38,889 nucleotides of DNA, taken from assembly GCA_905331295.1 (NCBI GenBank), contig CAJNYD010000157.1, positions 62,001 through 100,889 on the forward strand. The letters are read 5' to 3'. Position 1 is the stretch's first letter, and each line of letters begins with the position of its first letter. The notes beneath the pieces are model-generated. The model ran no database searches, was not told the origin of the DNA, and saw only the letters and a list, made by a program, of their open reading frames with translations. The stretch is from Rotaria socialis (lineage: Eukaryota). Below are positions 12,825-29,738 of this stretch, in pieces. Made by a program: the position numbers and the translations under genes.

Positions 12825-14490
12825 CTAATTGAAGAAATTCAAACCATACCAATTCACTATGCGCTGAAAATCTGTCTATTGAGCAAATTCAAAGCAAACG
12901 ATTATTTTTGTATTATATTATGGTAAAGTTGTCAAAAAACCATTTGACGATTGTGAACCTACTCCTTCTTGTTGCGTATAAGAAAAAGCGAGAATTGCAA
13001 ATTTGCACTCTGATTCAGAAATAAAAGAATGCGCCAAAAATGTTAACGCATACTACAGTTTTAAACAGTTTACGGTCAAATGATGACGCATATCAAACGG
13101 CGAAAAAATTAATTGAGGCGACGATGATTCTTTGGCCTGGGAAGGCATCACGATTACCACTCTTTTGTATTTCATTGTCACCGTTCAATGGCTCGTTTAT
13201 CATTTAGTTTCATGGTGTCCTGTCGATTAAATCAAATCTATCAACAAGCAAATAGTTCATTCAATAGTTTGATTAAAAATACAAATCGTATTGAACCACA
13301 TCTACACGTCTTTTTCATTAATTATTTTTTGTCGGCTTTCTGTATCTTTTTTTTAACAGTGCATGGGGATCATACTGCATTAAAATTTAGTAACAACCAC
13401 AGGTACACACCATTTTATTCCTGCTTGAAAGAGTGTTAGTAGTTTTTGTACAAGACATTTTTCGACATGTTATTAGTTTTTTAAGCCTTCAATTTTTCTC
13501 AGTTAAATGCAACTCGAAAAGCTCTACAAGATACGATAAAATTATTCATGGAGATTTTATAATTGCACTTATAAAATAATTCAATTTAGAAAAAAATTCA
13601 ATTTTTTCATCAGTCTTCTCATGAAATTTTAACTTCAGGCCCATATAACTCTTAATTGCAGCAATTTATGTAAAATTATTTTCGAATGGTTTCAAATCGA
13701 AAAAAATTGGAACTGTAAATAAAAATGAACGCTCTTTCAAACTCAATATGCAAAATCAGAAAAAAGTATTTGGCTCCACTCGACTCCTATGAAAATGTTC
13801 AGTCTTTTCAGCCAATATTCAAACACTCAGATAACTTCGACGAAATATAAATAACAATGTTTTCGGGAACGTTGAGGAATAGTGATTTCTTAACATCCAT
13901 AGTACATATCTAGTTAAAACAGTCCACGACGTGATATATCAATGCGTTTGCTGTTTTTTGTGCTTTTATATGTGGCTCAATTAAGACGCGCGATGTACGT
14001 GATGCTATTTTTAAATTCTATGTTACTAAACACTTTGATAGTAGTAGAATCAGTAGAATGTCGAATGCATCTAATGTCCACAAGAAAGATTGTAGAAATT
14101 TATTGTGTGAAAAGAAACAAAAAGGTATTCTATACCTGAATTTTATATATATACGCTAAACTTTAAATAACTTGTTCTAGGTATGCCACGAGCAGGTAAT
14201 ATTTAAAATTTGTTATTTTGATGTCGAGAGTGGAATAGATAAGTTATACCCATTAAGACTCCTCATGTAGAACCTACAACCTCGAGCAGGAACCGTTATG
14301 AGATCTGAAGTGCACGATTGGTCTTTCCCTAAACTCATTTACATATCTAGACGTGAATAATGTGACTCTATCCCATGCATGCATGAACTTTGCAATCGCT
14401 ATGACGCGCATGAATAGGGTAGAAATGAAATTCATGTAAAGCTATTTATTTGAGAGAATGAAAAAAAGAAACAGCAACGTTCACAAGAGT

Positions 14491-17400
14491 CTATTGGATT
14501 GAAAAACATTGAACGCGATGATTCCCATGATCGACGACATAGAGATTTCCATAACGATCGAAAGACAGTCCTTCGAGATAGTGAAACTGGTTTACTCCTT
14601 CCCCTCTGCCATTTCCACCTACCATCACACTACCCTGTTTTGCTCCTTGAGACCAACGCATCACTCGATTATTTTCCCGATCTGCTACGTAAAGACTATT
14701 CAACGTGTCGACGAACAATCCGTTAGGATACGACAATTGTGTCAGAGCACTTCCTTGACCTTGACCACCAGCGACGGTAATTCCTTCTGCTGCACCTTTA
14801 TTCCATTTCATTACACGATGGTTTACATAGTCTGACACGTAGACCGACTGTTGTCTATCGACAAAGATATATGTAGGAAAGTCGAGTTGATTGAGACCAT
14901 CACCCTTTTCATGACCACCAGCCACGACAGTACCGTTATTGTCTCCCATTTGATATCGTCTGACTTCATCATTTTCGGTGTCAGAAATGTAGAGACATTT
15001 CTGATTGTCCATGGCCAATCCCCAACAGTTGATGTTGTCAACAAGAATTTCTCCGTGAGTAGTACCATGCCGACGAGACCATTGTAAGACTCGTAGATTC
15101 CACATATCGCAAATAATGAGACTATCCGTCTCTTTCTCAATTAATACATCAGTTGGCTGATTCAATTGATGTAGGAGGTTCCCTCTACCATGGCCACCAG
15201 CTACTACTTGTCCATTCGTATCGTTCATTTTCCATTGGACGATACGATGGTTTCTAAAGTCAGCGATGACCATTGTTTGATCATCATCAATAAAGAAACC
15301 GTGAGGGCTGGATATTTGATTGATGGTATTACCCGAACCATTGCCTCCAGCAACAGTCACACCATTATTTGCCCACTGTGCGTTCAATGAAATATCAGGG
15401 ACAACTAGATATGAACAAGCAAATCAAAATGAAATCAAAGTTCTTCTAGAAACAAAGCGGTTTTCATTTCAGTGAAATAGATTTCCAATCAAGCAAAGCC
15501 CGAAAAAAAAGTGAAATTCTATACAACATGTTGTTTTTCTAACTATTAAATTTCTATCTTCGAAATATCAATAGTATTTGTCATTTTCAGTCATTCACGA
15601 CCATGTAAGAAACGTTTCAACATCTCTACACATTTAGACGCTGCGTTCTCAGTATATAATGTCTAGTTAGAAACTTACCTTGTTGAAATTCTCCGTATGC
15701 ATCATAAACAATGAATAGTCTGATGTCATCACACCAGTAACTTGTAGTGCTTTGATTGACTGGTACATTAAATTCAATGAAAATTTCAAGCCCACGCATA
15801 TCTTTGCGTAAGATCATAGTGACATTCTCTTTGTTGAAGCCTGTAAACGGAAGAGGTATCGCAATTAGGACTAATATAAACGGAAACTTACTTAACGCTT
15901 GTCGAGCAACAACTGAGTCATTAACATTGATTCCTCTCAGCTCTATGCTTACATTGGGACTCATTTGAGCACTGAATACAACTTGAGTATATGACCAAGA
16001 AGTCGAATTCCACCTCTTTGATAAATTGAGACGTTGGAACATGCTTGCACTTGTATTCAGTGCTTGTAAAACGAAGCGACAGTTACTCGTATTATTATCT
16101 GATTTCATCGTAATGATATTGCCAGTCAGCAATGTCCAGTGATTGACAAGAGGAATATTGCAATCAGCTTGGCCATTGTTAATCAGATTTGTGTCATGAA
16201 CAAGCGTCCCATTACGTAGTACAGCGTTTTGAATAGAGAGAGCACTTCGAAGCTGTTCATCTGTAATCGTAGTTTCAGAGAAGTTAGCTTTGTACAGATT
16301 GGCATCAAGAAAACTAACGTCGGTCAGGTCAGCGTCTATGAACAAAGCACGCTTTACATTTGACTGCCGAAAGCAGGAAGAAGATAAATCAGTTTTATTG
16401 AAACGAGCTGCAACACAATATACTTGCTGAAAATCTGTATCAGATGCTCTCGTGACAGAAAAGTCGGCTGAAGCTAAAGCGCAACCCAAAAATAGATTTT
16501 GTGTATAAGAAAGATCCTATAATGAGCATTACCTAAAATAGCGAATGAAAAATTGACATGTATGAACTGCACAGCTGAAAAGCTAACGTTGTGGAGTTCG
16601 GCCGATATAAATTTGGTATTACCGAACGCACCGCATAAGAATTCAGTGTCATAGAGCAGAGAAGATGAAAAGTTTGTGTTCTCGAATTGTACTGACGAGA
16701 ACTGCACAGTGTCGATCCGAGCGAATGATAGGTCAGTATTAAAGAGCGATCCCATGAGAAAACAACTGTAATTTAGTGTAGATAATGAAAAATCAACACT
16801 ATCGAGTTCAGCTGATGAGAATTCGATATCGACTAGCGAAGACGATGAAAAGTTACAGTTAGAGAGCGAAGACGATGAAAAGTTGACAGTTTGTAACTTG
16901 CTGGATGAAAACTTAATATTCTTGAGTGTCGCGAATCCAAAATCGATATTCTGGAGTACGGTGGGTGAAATATTGCAATTGAATAGCGACGAGTTCGAAA
17001 AATTGATAGTATTTAGTTGAGTAGATGAAAAGGTGCAATTCGAGAGCGAAGAATTAAAAAAACTGACATTTTTCAGTTGAGACGATGAAAAATCAATATT
17101 TTCAAGTGCCGCGAACCTAAAATCGACATCCTCATGTCGGGTAGATGAAAAATTGATATTTTTCAATTGACTTAATGAAAATGTAGTATTCATTAGAGAA
17201 GTAAATGAAAAGTTCGCATGATCGAATCTAGCATGTGAAAAGTTGACGTGTCGAAGTTTCGCTGATGAAAAGTTAACTGTATCAAACTGAGTGTCGGCAA
17301 AGTTGACGTGCTCCATCTCAATCCCTATGAAGGTGGCATTCGTTAGAAAGATACTAGTCATTGATAATCTTTTCAATATCCTTTTATTGATTGCTGAGTC

Positions 17401-18063
17401 ACGAAAATCCATATCATGAAGCTCGGCTGTAGAAAGATCCAATGAAGGATGCTCGTGTAATTCAGTAAGTTGCTTGGCTTCGTAGAGAAATCGAATAATG
17501 TGAACATTGTACTGTGAATCTAATTTACGAAAGATATTCAGCGTTTTAGCTCGAGCGAGTGTAGCCGCAACTTCATTAGAAATTAGTGATCCATGGTTCT
17601 TCTCTAGCAGTTTCCCGATCTCTTTAATGTAAGTATCGAGAACTTCTTTTTGGTACCGTTCATTAGTCAAGGTTCTTTCTAGTTGACGCAGTTGTTCGGC
17701 TGCAATTCTATCTTCGATGCGTTGTTGTTGCGATGAATTTCGATCTTGTTCACGCAACTGTTCGGCTGCAATTCTATCTTCGATGCGTTGTTGTTGGGAT
17801 AAATTTCGGTCTTGCTCACGCAATCGTTCAGTTGCTTCTCGATCTTCAATTCGTTGTTGTTTGGATGCATTTCGATCTTCTTCACGTTGTTGTTTAGCTA
17901 GTTGCTGTTGCTGAAGAGAGATTATAAGAGTGAAGACGCCTAATGCGAGTGGGAGCAGTAAAGAAGAGAGAAACTTCAGAACATGTTTGAGTTTCAGACC
18001 AGAGAATTCACGAGACGAAACAAGGAACTGATCTGTTTGCGTTTTTTTGTCTTGAAAAACCAT
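14491..18063 (-). CDS. Fusion protein: TM, Q/R/E coiled coil, long pentapeptide beta-helix, beta-rich domain, six-bladed NHL propeller (about 1062 aa)
   Basis: Exons: 18063-16533, 16473-15892, 15840-15679, 15404-14491. All junctions are phase-1 GT-AG and in frame (e.g. CAA G|GTAAGT...CTAG|TT GTC CCT GAT giving QQVVPDISLNAQW). NHL blades read VAGG.G.G....QL..P..(I/L)FVD.....YV.D..NHRV..W. Confidence 0.85.
17686..17893 (-). repeat. About three 66-bp tandem repeats encoding QQQRIEDR(I/E)A(A/T)E(Q/R)LREQDRNxS
   Basis: Unit starts 'acgca' at 17686, 17752 and 17818 (period 66). Confidence 0.9.
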
Positions 18064-19111
18064 TTTCTCTCTTCACCAGACGTATAGCAGCAGGTGAACA
18101 AATGATTACTAACAATAATGGTTGAAGCTGAGTTTCTTCACTCTTGATAGTTTAAGGTAAGCGGAGAATGATTTTTAGAATTATGAAATGTGATATAACT
18201 GTATTTTTACTGGGTGAAAATCATGTTCCAATGTTGTTTGACCTACTGGCTCTATCAACTAAATGTTTAATCAATAGAATTTGGCAAAATAACATACCTT
18301 TGTTTCTCTTAGTTGTGTCACATACATGTGTTAGCTACCATAAACATCGTCAATGTCATTGATCATCCAAAAAAATTACGTTTATGAACATGAAGTAGAA
18401 GTAGATAGAATTTCATAAACATCATTGTGATCTCATTGGAGTTCTCATCAAAGTACCTGTATGACTCAGTTGACTGAGTGGGGATGAAACAACGAACTAC
18501 AAGTCAAATATGTTTTGATGATCAATGATGGTCAGAATCAATGATTAGCCATTGTAGAGTATAATGACTGTTGGCGGTTAGCAATAGTACAACATGTTAT
18601 ACTCAACTTAAAAGAATTAAAAGGAGCATCTCTCATCCATCTGAGCTGCGGACATCATTTTTATTTCCTAAGATACCTGATCACTAGTATATAGAACTAG
18701 CAACTATTATTTGTTCGGTACATGTGACACGTACTCGATTGATCTACAATAACTTGAAAAAATCGAAGAAATTTTCATTCAAAACTAATTCTCTCTGTAA
18801 TTCTTCATGTTTAAGAAAAAGAATATAATAGAAATATCAAAGTTTTCTATTATAGACATGATTCACTTGGGAGCGATTGCAGAAAAAGATCGAAAAAATT
18901 AAAAGAAACGTAGGAAATCGCATGTTCTTTTCTACTTTTTCTGATTTTTGTGTTCCACATAAACAGAGCATATAGCCAGTATTTAATCTATAGTTGTATA
19001 CACTGAAATCGATTAAAATTCAATTAATAGGCCTCAACTAATTCATAGAAGTGATTTAAAAATATGTCTTAAAAGAAAAAATGAATATTATTTTATTTAT
19101 TTATTTATTAG

Positions 19112-19985
19112 AAATGAGTATAAAATAGCACCAAAAGCGGATGATATTATTTCATTAAATACAACTTGTGCTGCAGACATAAAAATTGATAAAAAAATCA
19201 TTTTTATGATGGTAATATTTTTCGTTTATAATAATTTTACATTTATTACGGAGATTTTCATGCGCGCTGGTGTACATGTCACAGAATATGCACCAACTAT
19301 AATAAAGACAACAATGTCAAACTTTATGGTTAGTGTTATTCTTATTTAAAACACTATTGAAAAGATATCAATCAAACGATATCAGCGCCACACTTACTTA
19401 AACATCTATTAGAAGATACCTGGTTGGATATGAGTGCAACTTTATGTCAAAACTTTACTTTACCTATACTTACTGATTTAGAGAGATGAATTTACTTGTT
19501 GGTAGCGGAACAGCTACAAATAATGATGTTATAAGAAAAGCATTTGAATTATTAATCAATCAGCATGAGTTAATTCCAAATATAATGTTGAAATTATTGA
19601 ATAAAGAATGTAATTTATTCAATAATACAAAACTTATCCATCCAATTACATATGAACAAAGTCGTAAAGAATTAACAGAAGCACGTGGTGAGTTAATTAT
19701 TTAAACTAGACTCTTTTTCCTAAAAATAAAAGTATTATTTCGTTTAATTAGAAAATCCAAGCGCAATCTATACCATATCACCAGCTGACCTATGGGTATT
19801 ACATCATTGCGAAAACAACGAATGTTATCTAGACATTAGATCGGATGCAAACAAACATCAAATTGATTTAGCTAGAATGCAGATTAATGTATCACAATAA
19901 CAAGATTTAAATCAACCCCAATGGCAATATCGAAAGAATCAAATTAAAATATATATTCCGCCACCAGTATCAGAACTAATTGAGT
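19112..19985 (+). pseudogene. Possible degenerate multi-exon gene remnant of unknown family
   Basis: Short open blocks bounded by AG/GT (NEYKIAPKADD..., IFMRAGVHVTEY..., MNLLVGSG...EARG|gtgagt, NPSAIYTISPADLWVLHHCENNEC...) with internal stops. No family recognised. Confidence 0.3.
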
Positions 19986-20220
19986 AAGTTATTATTCAGA
20001 TTTTTGAGATAGAAAATTCAAAAAGGATTTCTCTTGAAATGACGAACTGTGTTCTTCCTAAAGGTTTTGCATGCAATCGAGACCGGAGGTTTGCGTGTGC
20101 CATTGTAAATCGTAAAATTTCAATTTTATGAGGCTGCGGATGTGAATATTTTTTTCATAACCGACATCTACACCCACACACCCTCAAGTTTCGACCTCTG
20201 TATTTCTAGTATATTATGAG

Positions 20221-22919
20221 CTAGTAAAACAAAACAAAAAGTTGCATGCGAAGATTTGTTTGTGTCTCTTTTGCTTCATGCTTAAGCGATGCTTGCTGTT
20301 CTTCTAACTCTCGTTGTTTTTCATTGTATTCATCTTGCCTTACTTTTATTTCGCGTCGTGTTGCTTGTAGGTCATCTTCTTCTGTATTTAAATCCTTCAA
20401 GTAGCGCGTCATTAAATCAGATTTTTCAATTTTTTCTAATGATTTAATATTTTGTCTGATGCGCTCTTGATTTTCAAATATTGATTTAATATTTGCTTCG
20501 CGTGATTTAATTTTTGTTTCAAGTTGACGTATATTCATTTGTGTATCAAGAATCGCAACCGATTTATCAAATAATGATGTTGGTATTAAATCACGTTTTG
20601 GTGTCCATGTTCGAATTTGACTGTCAGTTATTGTACTGTCAATCATATGTCGAAGAACTTGCTCAACATATTTATATTTTATAATTTTTCCAAGTAAATC
20701 AATTGTTTTCTCATCGATTAATTTCAATTGGATAAGTTCCGGCACTTGCTTTTCTAGAAATGATTCAAGGTCTGATGCTTGAAAGATTTTTTTGCTATGC
20801 TTTGCTTGTTCGCCAACAATAAATTCAATCTCTTGTTGCGGTTCAAGTTTTAATTCAAAACGACTAAAACCCATAACTGACTTGATACAGTTCGTTTGTG
20901 TTGTTACAAGATAACCACCCAATGATGGGTCGGCAACATGGTCGATGTAGAATTTGTCTACGGGACGATCTAAAGAATTGTTTTTAATTAAATAGCGTGT
21001 TCGTTTTATGTAGATCTGTTGAAGATCAATGCCATTTGGAGCAACATTTAAATTGACCTTATCAACTTCGGAATAAATTATATCAACACTTTCTGTGTGA
21101 ACTTCTTGAAGTGCTAGTGGAGTTGTACGAAGAATAGATACAGTTGAATCTAAACCATAACTATGAAATATTTAAATTAAAAATGGAGGAGAAACGACAA
21201 AAAAGAAAAATTACTTAATCAATTGGTCATCATTAGGTAACATTGGTGTAAAAGCACATTGAGCAACGAAACGTCCATGATCTAAAACAGCAATACTTCC
21301 CGGTGCTAATACAATGCCACTGTTATTTCGCAAATGAACAGCTTTGATTGCATTTAAATCATTGATTTTTGGATCATAATAAAGTACCAATTGTGCATCC
21401 ATTTGCCATTTATTGATCGTTATTAGCACACTTTCATGCGATTTAATGCTGACTGGTGTATTTATTTTATAAACAACATGCTCACTAAGACCACTCATTT
21501 GACTCGAACCAATGGATTCATAGTTTTCATCATCATCATCATCAACAACATTCACATTAGTAGTAATTTTTCTACGTTTGTAAGCGATTGGCTCACTATC
21601 GTCATCTGCACTACCACGTAATCGTAGTACCAAATGTAAAGTAGACTCTATATAGATAAGTAAAATAGATAGAGTTCTCATTTTATACACATATATATGC
21701 ATGTCAATAATTACCTTTTTGAATATTATAAGCAGCTAGTGTTCTATCATTTTCCAATTGTTTTCCAGCAAATATCAAACGTTGCTGACCTGGAGGAATA
21801 CCTTCTTTGTCTTGAATTTTTGCTTTGATAGTTTCAATTCTATCTGACGGATCAGCCTATTATTAACAAGAATAAATAGATGATCATCAAATGAATTCCT
21901 TGTTTTTTCTTTATACATACTTCTATTGTAATTGTTTTACCCGTCAAAGTTTTAATGAAAATTTGCATACCACCGGACGAACTTTCTGATCCTTCACGAT
22001 TACTAGTAGTCGTAAGCGTTGGTTTATTATTATTTAATATTTCAAGTTCATTAGCAACAAGCATAAGTTCAACTTGAGACCAATCTTCTTCCGTTGGATT
22101 ATTCACTGAACCAAACAAAGTTAGACCAACTGTCGAAGCCTTACTGTTTGGCAAAGATGAATCGATTTCACATCGATATAAGCAATGCCATTCTTTTGTT
22201 GCATAACAATAAGATACATTAAGAATATTTGACTTATCAACAGTAGCTGTTGTTGAACATGATAATGAATCATCGCTATTGAACAAGATTCGAATATAAT
22301 TAGAGGCTGTATTTAATTGTGGTATCTTATTTTGCAATGTCTTTTTTAAGACTTTCTCAAGTTGTTCTTGCAAATATAGATCAGTAAGTTTAATACTTTT
22401 AATTGATGCAACTAATCGAAATAAATACGTTAATTAATGACTTTTGTTTTTGTAGAAACTATTTTACTTACAATCAAAGTGACGAATGAATCCATCTTTA
22501 TTCAAAACTTGAAGAACAAAATCTTTCCGTGTTTCTGTTGAATTTGGACTCAGTAATGCTTTGATTTCATCAAGCATAACCAGTTGACCTGATTGTTCTT
22601 TGTTTTCACCTTGACAAGAGAATGCTAGTTCAGCTCCAATACATGTTTTAAGAAAAGCAGCAAACGAAGTTGATGATGCAAAATCATTGAAAGCAAAATA
22701 GTGTTCAGCCGTATTTTCGGCGACATATTTATCATGCTCTTCTGTATCAAATGCTACCGTACTTGCTGTTGTACATAGCGTATCAATCACTAATTTCTTG
22801 TGTTTTTTAGCAACCGAAATAAATGATGCTGATCTTGAACTAGGAACTGTTCGCTCAAAATAACCTAAATCATTTTTATATAAAGTAATGCGCTTCAATG
22901 GAATAGTTTCAGTTGCCAT
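20221..22919 (-). CDS. DUF4139-like protein with an internal ubiquitin domain and a C-terminal coiled coil (about 817 aa)
   Basis: Exons: 22919-22472, 22411-21921, 21856-21715, 21647-21215, 21160-20221. N-terminus [24 protein letters not shown]...[83 protein letters not shown]. Ubiquitin lies at 21968-21610. Confidence 0.85.
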
Positions 22920-23372
22920 TGTTTTGACAGATGTGACAAACTTGGTGATAGAGAAATAGTAACGGCAAACGAATGAGTTTCATCTTATTATATATTTGCA
23001 GCTTAGGATTGTCAAGATATGGTGCAATACGATACATACGTACAAATAAGGAGAAAAGTACAATAACAAGCGATGAATCATTCCCTGGGCGAATAAGAAA
23101 AAGAACAAATCTTGTTAACAAGCAAAAAAAATGCATGAAAAATTAAATACCTGAGTAAAAAGAATCGAAATAACTTTTTAGACTAGAATGTAATCGAACA
23201 TTTATCGTTAGTCATAATGATCAATTCAAACTCCAAGTTGTACCCAGTGAATGCTGGCAAAACATAAACTGTGAATATAGGAAAAACAACATTCCACGTG
23301 TTATTATTCGAGTGGTGAAAAATAAATTTATTTTAGTTACATAATTCTATTCATCAATACAGTTTTACAGGC

Positions 23373-23871
23373 ATTTAAGTCGCGAAAATTATAATACTGT
23401 TGTCAATCGGATACACGTTCATTGGAAAACCCAAATTTTGTGATGATTCCAAGTGGAAACAGAAAAAAAATGTTTTGAAAGATCAACGACAAGTAACAAT
23501 TTTCGAGCTAAGTCAGTTTGCACAAGAAAGCAGTACAGTTTATTTATTCGTTGTCTGTTTCTTGAAACATGCGCAATGACTGGTGAAAATGCACCAGAAC
23601 GTTTTCTTCAATGTGCTCGATGATTTTAAGCAAGATTAATTCAAGCATTTGAATTCATAAATATTTAGATTAACAATAAATGTTGTTCTTATATACTATT
23701 GATCCATATTTTGAAGGTGTGAGTGTAGGCGTCGATAACGAAAATACTCGACCTCACACTGACACTCCAATATTGACTAACAGGCAAATTGGTTGTTAAA
23801 GCAGTCGTCTTGCTATAAAGCACAGTATTGGCCAACATGGTCAAACATATTTGACTACGAGGATCTTTGTT
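23373..23871 (+). pseudogene. Rab4 pseudogene (3' exons with intron remnants)
   Basis: Colinear similarity to 31674-32190, e.g. atttaagtcgcgaaaattataat vs atttaagtcgagaaagttacaat, and cttcaatgtgctcgatgattttaagcaagatt vs cttcaatgtgcacgaatgattttaagcaagatc. Indels break the frame. Similarity after about 23710 is weak. Confidence 0.75.
23716..23768. mobile_element. Short palindromic MITE-like insertion, with a related copy at about 20130-20187
   Basis: Imperfect hairpin ggtgtgagtgtaggcgtcga...tcgacctcacactgacactcc. The reverse complement of 20145-20188 (ttgagggtgtgtgggtgtagatgtcggttatgaaaa) resembles its left arm. Confidence 0.45.
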
Positions 23872-25432
23872 GGTAAAAAAAGGAAAGAAAAGAAAAAGAA
23901 AAAGAAGAATGTTCGCTTTCGTTAATTTATAATCTTGCTGAATCTTGGACAGTAGGTGATTGGTTGAATATATTGTTGAAAATAAAACGATTCACATGCA
24001 AAATCTGTTTTGCATGCAAAAGACATCTAACCTTGCGTCATATTTTTCGTCTCGTGTGCAAGTTTCTCATCGATGTCGACATCTATAAAATTGTGATGTA
24101 TTCATTGGATTTAGTGCAGCACTGAATCAATATCATTAATGTTATTTATAGGGAATGTTGGAAGAAAAGATTACCATTTGATATGATTGGAAAAATAAAG
24201 AAACAGCAGTATAAAACTATGTTTTTATTTCAACAGAATGTAGAAAATTTCACGTGACAATGCCCGCGAGAAAGAAACTGTTATGTAAAAAAACCTGAAT
24301 CTACTTCATTGACAATTGCTGGCTATCATTTAATAAGTTGAAAATTTTGTAAAATTATTTTGAAGAGAACACAGCTGTCAGCTCAATGGATTGACGATTT
24401 ATGTTAAAAAATCAACTCATGGCAAACTTCCATCATCTTGTAAGTTCCTAGAATCGCACTTTTCAATCATATCCATAGCTAGGAGCATCTAGAATAGACC
24501 GCAGCCGAATCGCAATTCATAAAAACCTTGTATTTAGAACTCACAGGGACTTTGAATTAGTAGAGAGTAGAAACAGGAGAATACATCCTATTCCGTGACG
24601 TTGAACATTGTGGAACCTGTTTCATCTAATTCCCGAAATTCTTTTCATCACTTCTAACATAATTCTTGGAATCGCGTCCCACAATCAAATTTCCTATTCT
24701 CATGCGTACTCTCTAATAACTGGAATTCCGGGAAGCAGTTCTTATCAAACGTAGGCATTGCTTGGACGCTGGTGCATAAGAGCAGGAAATGAGTCTACCC
24801 ACACCTATACCATAGTCATATTTCCAATAACCCATTGGTTGATGGGAAAGAAATCGATCAAGATTCCAATCCGAAATATATTTACCGTCTGACTTATAGC
24901 TGAATCACTCATGGGACACATACAGCTATCCGTTATTTACAACCTGCATCAGGTCATTTGAGCGTTCACCGATTCTACTCTCTATAGAATGATTCAAGAT
25001 TATTCGCAAGCATATATCTGTAGGTCCATCACACGTAGGAAGAGTAATTATGGAATGATGAGCATCGTCACCATAAAGACCAATGCAAATAAAAAGCACA
25101 ATGATTATGTATGATGCTTAATATGGATCACATTTAATATCAAATTAATATGTTCTAAATACAATTGAAAAATTAAGAATGAAAAATAATTATGTACGTA
25201 GAGGCGGTAACAATATCACAATCAACAATTGCAAATAATTGATTTCTGTATGTGTAGCTGTGGGTTAATGACTTACGGAGAACATAATGAATCAAATCTG
25301 TAACAAATACAAGATGAACATGTAGAAGATACTATTGTTTGAGTATTGATGATTTCAATGAAACATTATTCGTACCATATTAAAATATCTAAAGTTAATA
25401 TTGAAGTTTTCTTTATCTATAGGCAATGTTAA

Positions 25433-29738
<4,306 letters not shown>

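Noticed and set aside
13330..14140. AT-rich stretch possibly derived from a transposon
   Set aside because: I could not identify terminal repeats or transposase motifs.
699..17914. Short antisense or alternate-frame ORFs (e.g. 699-947, 7279-7527, 14499-15390, 17717-17914)
   Set aside because: Shadows of the real coding exons or their repeats.
686..18063. Bacterial contamination or operon-like interpretation of the PPC, pentapeptide and NHL ORFs
   Set aside because: All carry in-phase spliceosomal introns and are contiguous with Rab4, VCP and TRIM genes.
24480..25120. Minus-strand stretch with a signal-like peptide (YIIIVLFICIGLYG...)
   Set aside because: Multiple stops and no recognisable family.
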